Below, piece after piece: positions 25,496 through 37,692 of a stretch of DNA of 64,000 bases. The stretch is from Sphyrna mokarran (taxonomy: Eukaryota): NCBI GenBank assembly GCA_024679065.1, contig JAGIQG010000003.1:102486001-102550000 (forward strand), given 5' to 3'. The position numbers and the translations under genes were made by a program. A model generated the notes under the pieces. That model was not told where the DNA came from and did not search any database. It worked only from the letters and a program-made list of their open reading frames with translations. Every line of letters begins with the position of its first letter. Position 1 is the stretch's first letter.

Positions 25496-26464
25496 CTTTC
25501 AACAATATCAGTCTCTATTTTTAACATGGCGTTAGAGGTAATCACTATCAAATGTAATTATTGTATTTACTGTCTTAATTGATAAAAGATATTATTTTTC
25601 TCTATCAGGAGACTGAATAGAAAAGCCAGGCACAGTGTTGGTTTATGTATTCACGAGTAACACTCAATACAGCTTTGACAGGAATAAAGATGGAGTGCAA
25701 CAAATGACTGTAAAAGGCTACAGGCAATCTCTGGCTTTACAACATTCGAGTTGCGGTGGTCAGCACTTAGGGAATTTAATGAGTACAACAGTGGAGTCTT
25801 GCCCATTCGTTCTCCAACCAGTAGGGACTGAGTGCTGGGAGGCCTGATTCACTTTCAAGGTAATCAGGCATCTAGCTGGACAATGTTGGGCCTCCTACTC
25901 ATTTAAGCTCTGAGTTGCATGGCAAAAGCTTCTGGCACTCAGAGTCTGGCAGCTCTCCATTACCGGCTGTGCCACTAGGAATGCTGGCTGCTCCTGCTAC
26001 TATATTTGAGGCCGCAACCAAGGAACCCCAGTTAGAGGTGAGTGTTGGTGGCATGGTGGTCAAGGGGAAGGTGTCACCATCAAGAGGGTGAGATGAAGGG
26101 AAGTCAGAAACAAAGGTAGGGGATAACATTAAGTGGGTTCCACCTTCCCCCACCCACTTCCCAATGTCATGTCCCTCGATCAGGAACCAAGTTTATCTGA
26201 ACAAGCTCCTGAGCTTATCTGAGCTCTCCTGATGAGATGTTGGTAAGCCTGACAAGGGTTGCTGGGTGGTGTCCCTGGTTAGTAAGTCCGCCATTTGCGC
26301 ACTATTGATTGAATAACAGCAGCATGAAGAAGCACTGCTTCTTTTGGGTCTTCCTTGGCCTCTGGTCAGAAAGGCCACACTCCACTATTCCTGCCCTAGG
26401 TTTAATAAGAGGGGCATTGGAAAGGCAGCAGTGACCTCACCCTACAACATTCAGTGTGATCAAA

Positions 26465-26856
26465 TCATAGAATCCCTACAGTGCAGAAGAACGCCATTTG
26501 GCCCATCGAGCTTACACTGACAACAATTTCACCCAAGCGTTGGTGGGACGGTTGTCAAGGGGAAAGTGTCAACATCAAGGGGTTGGGGTGAAGGGATGTC
26601 AGAAACAAAGATAGGGGATAACATTAAGCAGATCCCACCTTCATACACTTCCCTGTAACCCCATCTATTTACCTCCTGACACTAAGGGGCAATTTAGCAT
26701 GGCCAATTAACCTAATCTGCACATTTTTGAAGCGTGGAAGAAAACCAGAGCACCTGGAGGAAATCCACGCAGATGCGGGGAGAATGTACAAACTCCGCAC
26801 AGGCAATCTCACGAGGACAGAATTGAACCCACATCTCTGGCACTGTGAGACAGCAG
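26465..26856 (-). mobile_element. HE1-like V-SINE interrupted by a copy of nearby DNA
   Basis: Typical tail and V-domain; 26539-26653 is non-SINE and duplicates 26044-26162. Confidence 0.85.
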
Positions 26857-28309
26857 ATGGTGACCTCCAATTCCAAGCTCATCTCGGTGGGGTGGAGCGG
26901 GGGTGGGGGTGGGGTACAGGAGAGTAGGAGCATTAAATTCCACTCATCGTGCCTGAAAACAGTTCCTGTGCATTCAATATTGATATTGTGATGAGGCGTA
27001 CATGTTACATTTCAAAACCTGTCACAAAATTCTGCTTAAATATCATGCAGACTAGACAATGATTTATTTGATTTAAAACATACTCCTTTTTGCCACAAGA
27101 CTGTTAATTATAATTTTTTGAAAAATCTTTTTTGAGCTGATAGGTTTTCTTTAGGTCTTTAAATTTTTGTAACAGTTATAGATCTGGGTGGATAGTTTGT
27201 ATTCTGTTGTCAAAGCAGAGAATGTTTGTCTGTAAATATGCAATACAGTTCATAAATAGCATTTTGATGCTGTTCAAAGGTTTGATGTGGACCACTTCTC
27301 TGATAAATGTGAATGCTTAACCTGCCTCATAATAAATGGTACAACTTGTCTGAAAGCTAATGGAAATGTGCTTCTTTACATTTGAACTTACATTCTCCAC
27401 AGATGTAACATTGCAACAATGACACATTTGTTTTAGATTAGAAGACCAGATTCCTCAATATTTGAATTATTAAGAAGTATGATAAAAATGAATTGAAAAT
27501 CTAAACAAACGGACCATTTCTATTTACTTTTTTTTGGGTGCTTTGCAGCTTGGCCCAATGAAATTGAATGGAAATCAAGAGCTGGTTCATGGAAATTAGC
27601 CAACATAATCAAAATTAAAATTCAAAGAATAAATGAGAGAGAGAGAGCGGAAAAGCACAATTGGATGAATGGTCCCCAACAAAAACAGCTGCTGCTAATT
27701 TGGATTAAATTGTGCTTGTTTGATTAATAAAAAGCCAAAAGTTTCATTGTTTCAGAGACAGAACTCCACTCTGCCAAAACGGATCCAAATTCTTCGATAT
27801 TATGAACCATAATTACAATAGCTTTTACTCATTTTTATTAAAGATGAAAGGTACTTTGAAAGTAATGCGACTTGAGCTTTTTTAGATGCATAATACTTGA
27901 TGAAATCATATTTTAAAAACTTAAATGTATCTTGTTTCTCTGGACAAACTTTCAGTTCATAGTCTGAAATGTTTGATAATCATTCAGTACATCTGGAATT
28001 CAAACACTTGAGTGATAGCAAAATGTTCAAGAAGAATGAGTTGGTTGTTAAATATTGCGGAAAGTAATTTATTCATACTGATAAACAGATTGTTGTCAGT
28101 AGCAGTTATCTAATCCAGTCTGAGATCTGATTTAATTCAATTAGAAATGTGTTGACTTTGAAAGGTATTAACAGCTCAAGCTAAGTGACTGTTTAATTAG
28201 GGTGCTGAGTTAAGAAGAATTCACTTGAATAGGAACGTCACTGTTTCGTTTTACTTGTCAAACAGATTAAAATGTATATCCACATGGCTTTGCGTAAGGA
28301 CATGAAGAC

Positions 28310-28575
28310 AGAGGCATGGTTACACAGTGGTTTGCACTGCTGCCTCACAGCGCCAGGGACCCAGGTTTGATTCCCGGCTTGGGTCACTGCCTGTGCAGAT
28401 TCTGCACAGTCTGTGCATGAGTTTCCTCCCACAGTCTAAAAGATCTGCTGGTTAAATGCATTGGCCATGAATAAATTCCCCCTCAATGTACCTGAACAAA
28501 TGCCAGAGTGCAGCAATTGGGGGATTAGTTGCAGTGTTAATGTAAGGCTACTTGTGACACTAATAAATAAACTTC
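28310..28575 (+). mobile_element. V-SINE, second subfamily
   Basis: Head GGCATGGTTACACAGTGG...CCAGGTTTGATTCCCGGC; tail TGTAAGGCTACTTGTGACACTAATAAATAAACT. Confidence 0.9.
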
Positions 28576-28817
28576 AAATAGTAACTTTTTTAAAATTGAA
28601 GAAAACATTGATATATTTCATTAAACTTGACTGCAATCCATTATAAAAACAATTCATTCTAATATCATATTTGGGATCCATTCTGTAAATTGAATATTTT
28701 TCTGCTTTTGATAACATAATCCACAAAACCAATTTATTTTAATTTACACTTATTTTTATAATGTAAGTTATTCATATTTCCAAGAAAACATCTATTCAAT
28801 ATTTCTTATTAAAAGGA

Positions 28818-28985
28818 AAGAGTTGCATTTATATAATACTTTTCATGTCCTATACAGCTAATTAACTACTTTTGAAGTGTTTTCAAATGTTCTGATGTAG
28901 AAAATGTGGCAATTTATATTCACAGAGCAAACTTCCTCAATCAGTAATGTGCTAATGACCAATATGCTGTAGTTTTTTTTATATA
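28818..28985 (-). mobile_element. SacSINE1-like DeuSINE 3' relic
   Basis: TTGCATTTATATAATACTTTTCA...ACTTTTGAAGTGT...TGTAGAAAATGTGGCA...GTAATGTGCTAATGACC. Confidence 0.55.
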
Positions 28986-28997
28986 TTGTTCAGTAAA

Positions 28998-29230
28998 GTG
29001 ATGTGGGTGTTAATGGTAAGGCCAACATTTATTGCCCATTCCATTTGTCCTTGGGAGGTTAGTAGTGAGTTGTCTTGAATATAACAGAGCGGATTGGCAG
29101 ATCGTCAAATGTCAGTTGAGAGATAAGCACACTGTAGTGCCTGGTGTCACATGTGGATTAGACTGAGTAAAGGAGCAGGTTCCTTCCCTAAATACAGTAA
29201 TGGACCAGAGGGGCTTTAATGGCAATCTAG
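28998..29230 (-). mobile_element. tRNA-SINE of the 16914 family, 3' part
   Basis: GATGTGGGTG...GGCCAACATTTATTGCCCAT...GTCACATGTGG...CCTTCCCTAAA. Confidence 0.6.
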
Positions 29231-29499
29231 TAGTTACATGAGGCTGGATTTGGTCAGGCTTATAGAGTATCACCCACCAGTCAGAGAACAAGTGGGAAAT
29301 GCCATCCATTTCCTAGAGAAGGGCTAATAGAACTAAGTGCTTGTCAGGCACTTAATTAGTGACTGCAGACCTTTCCTGAGTATCAGGGCATGGGCAACCA
29401 GGAATTGCTGGCTAAACATAGGCCAGCAGTTCTCCATCACCATCAGCACTAGTGGGGTAGAGGTAACAACTGTCAGCAATGCACAAATTGTATGTGACT

Positions 29500-29845
29500 G
29501 GGCGGAATGGTAGCACAGTGGTTAGCACTGCCGTCTCAAAGGGATTTGAGGTCGATCCTGACCTTCGTGACTGTGTGAAGTTTGATGAGTTTCCTCCGGG
29601 TGTTCTGGTTTCCTTCCAAAGACGTGCAGGGTTAGGTGGATTGGCCTTGCTAAAATTGCTCTTTAGTGTCCGAAGATTAAGAGATTAGATAATGATTAGG
29701 TGAAGTTTAGTTGGAACAGCTATAGTAAATGCACAGGCTTATGGGGATAGCGCAGGGGTGGTTGCTGGGCAAGATGCTCCTTCGGTGAATTGGCGCAAAC
29801 TCAATAAGTCGAATGACCTTCTTCTGCACTGTCAAGATTCTATGG
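29500..29845 (+). mobile_element. HE1-like V-SINE (long-tail variant)
   Basis: GGGCGGAATGGTAGCACAGTGGTTAGCACTGC head; CTTCTGCACTGTCAAGATTCTATG tail. Confidence 0.85.
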
Positions 29846-30775
29846 ATTGTTATAATGATGACCTCAAAAGGAGAGTATAAAATGAGCAAGTAGTCTCAGA
29901 CACTCACCGCTGCATTGTGCCACATAACAAGCTTCACAGATCTGTTCACAATGCAGTGATCCCAAAATTAAACCCTCAAAAGTAAGATTGCAGCTATAAG
30001 ATGGCATAACGCTTGTACCAAAAGGACAAATTAGTCTGAGAGCCCAATGCAATGGCAAGAGTTCTAGATCACTGATGGGACACAATAGCCACTTATCTCA
30101 TCTTAATCAAGTCTGAAACTTGGACTAGTAACCCTGTATGTGCCAACAAAAAAAGGACAGCAAAAGAGAGAGGGCAGTAGAAAACCCCAGAGAGAGCAAA
30201 GCAAAAGACAAGGGAGACAAAAAAATCCCAGAGAGAGGAAGACAATATTCAAATAAATGTAGGATGGTCACTGTCCATGTCAGTGCACGAACCAAAAGTA
30301 AACTAAGCAGTTCTGCAGGAAAATGTACATGTCAGAGCCGAACTGAAATATTTGAAGCACATGATTCAAGCTGAGTATATATCTTTGGAAATGCATGATA
30401 AACTGAAGTATTCAGTGAACCAAGCTGTACGAGATCTGAACAAACAAATTTCAGAGACAACACAAAGGTACCAGGAGAAAATAATGACACTGAACTCCAC
30501 AATGGCTGAAACAAAACAGGTGTATAGCCAAGCAAATGGCAGTCAAAAATTGTGCACAAAGAAGTTGCAACATTGAAAAATCCTTTGAAGAGTCAATAAG
30601 TAGCATAAAAAAGACATGAGGAGCTACTGATATGATTGAAAGTCATAAACTTAATAGAGACTGACTAATAGAACAAACAGTTGTTAATACATGTGAACAG
30701 TCAGTGCCTATTGGGTCACTAGGGTAACTCACTGTTACATATGTTTGTGCGTGCAAATTTATCTATTGTTCACTG

Positions 30776-30935
30776 GGAAAAAAGGAGATGTTTGGATCTT
30801 ATGCTTGGTACGTAAATGGGATTTTGTGTTGAAATGTAATCAGTTTTACATGGCATGCTGTAGTCCTTTGACTATGTCATGAGGCAGTTTCTCTGGAGGC
30901 TCCTATCTTGAGATCAGTTCAATAAAGACCTGCAA
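30776..30935 (+). mobile_element. Possible polypurine tract plus LTR relic
   Basis: GGGAAAAAAGGAGA followed by TG and a downstream AATAAA; no coding remnant confirmed. Confidence 0.3.
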
Positions 30936-31617
30936 TGAGAAAAACACTAAGAAAATACTGTCTTTAAACTTCAAAAGTTTAAAGTTTATTCATTAGTCAC
31001 AAGGCTTACATTAATGCTGCAATGAAGTTAAATAAACTTGAAATAAAGGGACCAGGCATTACCAAATACACCAAAGAAAATCTAAGACATTGACTCTTGT
31101 GGGACCAAAAGGGGTTGAATTTCTCCTGGCCTCATGACCACTTTCCCAGTTACTTTTGATAGCTCAGTGCTCAGCTTTAAATTCTTTCTTCAAGTTCAAA
31201 TCCATGGAGCAGCTGACAGATTTCCTGTCCCCCACCCTAACACAAGCTGCCTGTTAGCATTCATGGGACGCTGACAATTCTTATGAGGACTGAGAATAAA
31301 AAGTTGTTCAGCCACCTGTTAATGCCAGCTGGCTGGCCTTGCACACCTGAAGCTAAAATCAACTGCATTATTTTACTTGAGATTTAAATAAAATCTTCTA
31401 GAGTTGCTAGCTCAAAGTTTGAATCTTGGGGTGAAGTTACACTGCCAGTTGTGCATTCCTGCAACAGGTAAACTTGAATGCAAGTTGGAATGAAATCAGA
31501 AACATAAGCAGCTCATTATATAATAGTAATTTGGATTCTGCAATTAATGACTGGAGAAAGCTGCATGATAAACCCTGAAAGCAAGGCTAATTGTTTAGTG
31601 AAAAGTGACAGAACACT

Positions 31618-32230
31618 TGAAAGTAGTTATTAGTATCACAAGTAGACAGCATAGTGGCACAGTGGTTAGCACTTCTGCCTCACAGTGCCAGGGACCTGGA
31701 CTCAATTCCGGCTTGGGACGTTGTCTGGGTGGAGTTTGCAAATTCTGCCCGTGTGGGTTTCCTCCGGGTTCTCCGGCTCCCTCCCACAGTCCAAAGATGT
31801 GCAAGATTAGGTGGATTGGCCATGCTAAATTATGCCTTAGTGTCAGGAGGACCAGCTAGAGTAAATGCATGGGATTATGGGGATAGAGCCTGAGTGGGAT
31901 TGTGAGATTCGCTGGACTGAATGGCCTCCTTCAGTACAGTAGGATTCTATGAAGTAGGCTGACATTAGCATTGCAATGAAGTTACTGTGAAAATCTCCTA
32001 GTTACCACACTCTGGTGCCTGTTCAGGTACGCTGAGAGAAAATTTAGCATAGCCAATGCACCAGCACATCTTTTGGACTGTGAGAGGAAACTGGAGCACC
32101 CGGAGGAAACACATGCAGACAAGGGCATAATGTGCAAACTCCACATAGATATTGATCTAAGCTGGGAATCAAACCCGGGTCCCTGGCGCTGTGATGCAGC
32201 AGTGCTAACCATTATGTCACTGTGCCACCA
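31618..32230 (-). mobile_element. V-SINE second subfamily, split by an HE1 insertion
   Basis: Tail starts AAAGTAGTTATTAGTATCACAAGTAG and resumes at 31952 AAGTAGGCTGACATTAGCATTGCAATGAAGTTACTGTG, running to the head at ~32230. Confidence 0.85.
31646..31951 (+). mobile_element. HE1-like V-SINE, full length, with TSD AAGTAG
   Basis: A box TGGCACAGTGG, V-domain, tail GGATTCTATG; AAGTAG at 31640-31645 and 31952-31957. Confidence 0.9.
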
Positions 32231-35200
32231 ATAAGAAGTTGGAAGAAACGTTTTTCTTGTAAATGAATCAACTAATTTGTATTCTGATGTTGATTTATCC
32301 TTCTTCAAGCTTGCATGGACCAATAGCACTAGATGGAAAAGTTGCCACTTTTAATGACTGGACATTTTGCAATACAGAGATAGATTTTCCTCCCTTATTA
32401 GAGAAAATGTTTCAATGCATTATTTCGTGGGGCACAATGAGGACAGAGTACATAGAAAATATACCTATTTTGACAGAAGTACTCAGATCAACAGTGCTCT
32501 TGCTCCCTTGTTGCTATTAAGTACATTTACAGCAGCAGGATGCAAACAAAGTCAATCCATTGAGAAAAAGATAAACAAGTGGATGCTCAACATAGCAGCC
32601 CATCAAATCAAAACACCATGCTGAATGCAATCTCAACAGCACATTGAATGGGGCCAGCAGGTTTTCATCTCTGCACAAAATAAAACAAAGCAATTGGAAT
32701 AATACCATTACTTCCATTGCATATGTAGCACAACCAAAATTATTGGCAGAGACATTCCTTTAAAACAAAACACAAAGCCAAAACCCCGAGTCATCTAATT
32801 TGCCTCAACTCATAACCTGGATCCAGATCAAAACTGTGGATTACGAAAGGCTGGGGCAGCAAATCACTGGCTCTATCCCTACGGATGGGTTGGAAAGAAG
32901 AGACAACATTTAAAATTGTGTATTTGATTATGCCCACAAGATGTTGCCTAGAAACACAAGTCGCCTCTAGTATTCAGGCAGCCAATCATTCTTTTTCCAG
33001 GCAGTTCCTTCCCCAGTGACTAATTTGCTTCTCAATAGATGCATTGCCATGGTGATATTGAGGGTCCTTCCCAGGAGCAGCAGAACAAATGAAGATCGTG
33101 CCAAGAGCAAGATGACTTCTCAATTAACCAACTCATCTGGAACTATATTCTCTTTATATTTAAATTACTTATGCAGGTTTCCCATCCCCTGGAAAGATGT
33201 CTGTTATTAGAAGGACTTTAAAATAAAACTGAGTTTTTAGAGGAATCATAACAGTAGTGTAATATCTATTACAGCTCACGCAGCACAGCATAAAAGCATC
33301 AAAAATCACTGAACCCAAGTATCAAACATTAATAGATAGAACATGGCAAGTTCCCTGTCATCAATGAGTGATAATAGATCCAAAAAGTCACTCTTCTGTG
33401 CATAATATCTCAAGGAGCAACAGAGAAGAAAAATTATTAGTGTACAGCCTCCTGTTTATTGGAGTTGATAATTGAAAGATAATTATGGAGCATCAGGTAC
33501 GAGGGAAAGGCTGAAGCTAGTTATTTTCACCTTTCTTCCAGAAGACATTCAGTTTAGAGATTATGCAACCAAACATCCCATGTGGTTCTCATTCTAGGAC
33601 TGAATAAGGAAAAGTTGTCAAAATACCACCATTGTTTTCATTACACATTGCCCTTGGTGCTAAATGAACAGCATCTCGGAGTTGAATTTTGAGGCCATTA
33701 TTTAACACCAGCATTCTATCTGAATTCAAATCCAACATAGTGACTTTATACATTTCTCACCTTTTTGAGGATATTCATATTGATATCATACTTCTCAAAA
33801 TTGTTGTCATAGAAAGAAGATAGTTCAGCATCCAATTCTTGCACCAGGGTAACAAGCGCCAATACCTTACTTAAGCATATAGTTCCTCTTCTGGTTTTAA
33901 GTTTCTGTGATGTTCACTACTTAAAATGTCATAGCTAATTTTTATTGGAGTTTTCAGCCTACTGCAAGTTCAGGGATGCAAAGTAAAGTACTCTTTCCTT
34001 TTCACTAGTACCCAAGCCAGCTAATATCACAATCTGATTGCCTTAAATTTCCAAAAGCGTAACCATTTTATCTAACATACATTGAAAAATGATGGATTAA
34101 ACTAGGAATACTCTTTAAAAACTTACTTATATAGAAAACTGCCGAGTGACAGGTTCATTGAAAATGCATTACAGAGAAAAGCAAATGCTTCTTCAAAGAT
34201 AGGGGAAAATATTTGATGTGCAAATTCAAATACAAAGGGTTCTAGCATCCATTAAAAACTTGATTTGTTTTAGATTTACAAGACAGGTGAATCTTTCAGA
34301 GTTCTGCTGGGCACAGCTTGTTGACAATTCCTTTTTGCTGCTGTCTATTTGCTACTGAATAGCACAAATTAAAAAACAAATGCTGGCTTGATTGTATTAA
34401 ACAAGAACAATTAAACATAAAATGATGACCTTTAGATTGCTTGACCTTTATCTAAAAAGCAATAATTGTGTTATTTATACTTTATGTACAATTGATAAAA
34501 ACACCTCATCTCTCCAGTAGAATTAAATGCATTGGACTCTCATTCAAGTTTTGCTTTCCAAAAGTCCCCCTTTTCACCCCCTTCTCTTCTGAATGCAATA
34601 ACAGCTGTTGGATCCCAGCAATCCTCAGTCAAGTTGTATTCATAAGTGCAAACAGATTGCAACTCCATGGTCTATTCAACTGAGAATGACCTGGTTTTCA
34701 CCCACTAACAACAGACATGCATTCAAACATGGGTCAAAGGATGATGGTATGAGAACTTCCTTGATACTTCCGTAACCAAAGCCATCTCCTTACTTATTCA
34801 ATAACAAAGGAACTACTTTAAAGACATATGTGTAGCTGTATTGAACCATCTGGTATTTCAATATAAAGACACTGCAAGTTTCTTCCACAAAAGTCATTGA
34901 TTTGGCCAGCAACTGTTTTTTTTTGAAAAGGCTAGAAAACCATGGATTATGAACAAGAGGTTGACTAGTAACGCGCGAATAATCCACTGTTGTTATCTAA
35001 ATATATATCTTATACCATGATGGTATGAACATTATATTTGATACATAAGTGACATTCTCTATGAAATTTCTCAACTTGTATTATATGTGGCTTTCCCCAG
35101 TGTAAAATGGAGTGAAAAAAATGCAACAGGAATAAAAATGACAGTGAAGACATGTTGTGTAGCAGGGCATCTTACCGCAGTTAGACTTCCCCCTTCAATT

Positions 35201-35514
35201 CAAAAATGTTGCAGCCTTTGCTGAAAGCACAGTGCAGAGAGGACAACAATATCTCAGACCTGAGTGAACAGAACAACCACTCTTCTAAAGTTCAAGGGAG
35301 TGTGAAATAAATAGCTACAAAGAATGAAAAAGGAGGTGAATCAAAAAAGGTGAAATTTAATGTCAAATCAACAACAAAAGAGAAGGAAAATAATTGTGTG
35401 GGAAAATAAGATGATTGAAGTGAAAAGTTTTTTTAAATCGTTTGTTTTAAAGATTGACATATTATACATACATACATTTTCAGACAAGTGAACCATCACA
35501 AACATAAAAGGCAT

Positions 35515-35770
35515 CAGTGTTTGCTGCTATCAGTGCATTTCCTCTGGTTCAGGAGCCATCTTTTGTGCTTATGTAGCTTCAACACATGGACTGACCTTCC
35601 CGGCAGATTCACTTATTGAATGTACAGCTAGACTGTGACCAAAGCAGTGAAATGCTGTCTGTGCTCCGTTCCTGGGCAGCTGTCATGTGCCTGGACATTG
35701 GAAGATGACTAGCAAGATGGCCCCTGAGCTCATGGTGATTGACAGAGCAGCATGGCCACAAGGATCATGT
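35515..35770 (+). pseudogene. PIF/Harbinger transposase catalytic-region relic
   Basis: Frameshifted peptides FAAISAFPLVQ(GAI), LLNVQLDCDQ and FLGSCH, compared with FPxVQGAIDCTH, SLNVQLVCD and ARFPGSCHD. Confidence 0.7.
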
Positions 35771-36714
35771 TAATTCCTCAATGTTTCACTTGAGATCTTC
35801 CCTCTCTGATAGATGACTCAAGAACTCGAAGACAAATTACTCAACAAATCACTAATATCTGAGGAGCTCCAATGCCGCTCAAAAACATTGAAAATGTTGT
35901 CTCCATCATCACCATTCTCCCACACCAATGACAATGACAGCAAAGCAAGCCCAATTGTAACCCTTGCCCTCCTCCCTCATCTTCACACCCCCCCCGCCCG
36001 CCCCCAAGCCCTGCGGCTCACCTTTCAATAAACAGACAAAACATCAACCAGACGACCCAATAAATACATCTAATGCATTCCCATCCACTTCTATGTGTTT
36101 GTCCTCCTGTGGCTGAGGCTGGGTGGTGATGAGATGCCTATGGCTTCTGTGATGTGGAGATGGCCCTGTGCTCCCCATTCTAAGATTGTCTAAGTGAGGT
36201 GAATGTTGCTTGGCTGATGGGAGTTGCAACAGAGTAATGCAGCAGCACTGCTCCAGGGACATCCTTCACTCCTGAGGTGGCCAACAAATGCTAGGCTGCT
36301 AAATCTTGCTCCCTATTGTACGATTGAACTTATGGGAAACACAGGGAGGTAATGTTGAATTCAGCTACTCAGCAAGTGCTTCATCAGAAGCAGCCCCAGA
36401 GATGAAGCAATTGGGTAGCCACAACTCATACAGAGCAGGAACATCCTCCATGAAGATAGAGGACTCTGCTCTTCATGGCCTCTCCATCAGCCAGCCTGAT
36501 GCAATGACGCTTACAATGAGCTGCACTGCTGCCACCCCCATCAGGATCGGCTCTGGCACACCACCAAGGTATTTCCCATTTCTTGTACACTCTCTTCTCC
36601 AGCAGGATGAAGAGAGGCAGATGTATGAATAACCCACCTTCCCTTACCTATTCCAGTATGACATTTTCATGAGGCACTGTGCTCCTCTGTGGTGATCCCT
36701 GTCCTGTTGCAGCC

Positions 36715-36960
36715 CAGATATTTGAGTTGCTAAAACATCGGTCTCAGAATAAGGAGATAGGCCTTTTAGATGAGGAGAATTTTTTTTTCTCTATTCCAGA
36801 AGATGGGGAGTTTTTGAAATTCTTCATTCCATGTGACTATGGAAGCTCAGCCATTAAATATATTTGGAACTGAGATCATTAGATTTCCAGATATTAAAGT
36901 TATCAAGAGATGTGGAGATATGGGGGGAAAATGGCACTGAGATAGAAGATCAGCCATGAC
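36715..36960 (+). mobile_element. CR1 3' fragment
   Basis: GATGAGGAGAATTTTTTTTTCTC...GAGATAGAAGATCAGCCATGA. Confidence 0.7.
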
Positions 36961-37362
36961 AGGATACTAACATCTTCCTGCCACTATAGCATATTATCAA
37001 TGTCAAGGAGGCTCACAAGCAAGGCTGCTTAATAGATGTAATTGAACCACTTAAACATGCATTGAGGCTCTTCCCAAGGCAGGAGGGCCTGTGGCCATGG
37101 CTGCTCTTATGGCTAAGGTACCACTGGCAGAATATCCTCCCAACCTCTGTCACCACTCGTCTGCCAGGTCACAGCTTGCTCCTCAAAACTGGCTTGTGCC
37201 GAGGCTGTAGAGGCAGTGAATTGGCCTTTCTTTTATGCCTGGCTGTGGGAATCACTGGTGATGATGTTCCTTTTGATTGGGCCAGCAGCTTTGAAAGGCA
37301 CGGATCACCATCCTCAATTTAATGATGAACTGAGCAGTGGCCCCCTAATTGGTGCCTCTAGG

Positions 37363-37692
37363 TCATAGAATCATAGAATCCTACAGTGCAGAAGGAGGCC
37401 ATTCGGCCCATTGAGTCTGCACTGACCACAATCCCATCAAGGCCCTATTCCCATAATAACCCTATATATTTACCCTGCTAATCTCCTTGATACTAAGGGG
37501 CAATTTAGCATGGCCAATCCACCTACCTGCACATCTTTAGACTGTGGGACAAAATCAGAGTTCCCAGAGGAAACCCACACAGACACAGGAAGAATGCGCA
37601 AACTTCATACTGACAGTGACCCAAGGCCAGAATCGAACCTGAGTCCCTGGAACTGTGAGGCAGCAGCGCTAAGCTCTGTGCCACCTTGCCAT
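37363..37692 (-). mobile_element. HE1-like V-SINE, full length
   Basis: (TCATAGAA)2 tail, GGAGGCCATTCGGCCCAT, V-domain and head. Confidence 0.92.

Noticed and set aside
30138-30660. Charged, coiled-coil-like short ORFs (possible LINE ORF1 relic)
   Set aside because: No diagnostic motif recognised; too weak to call
31646-31720. tRNA gene
   Set aside because: tRNA-derived SINE head continuing into the V-domain; the same applies to the other SINE heads
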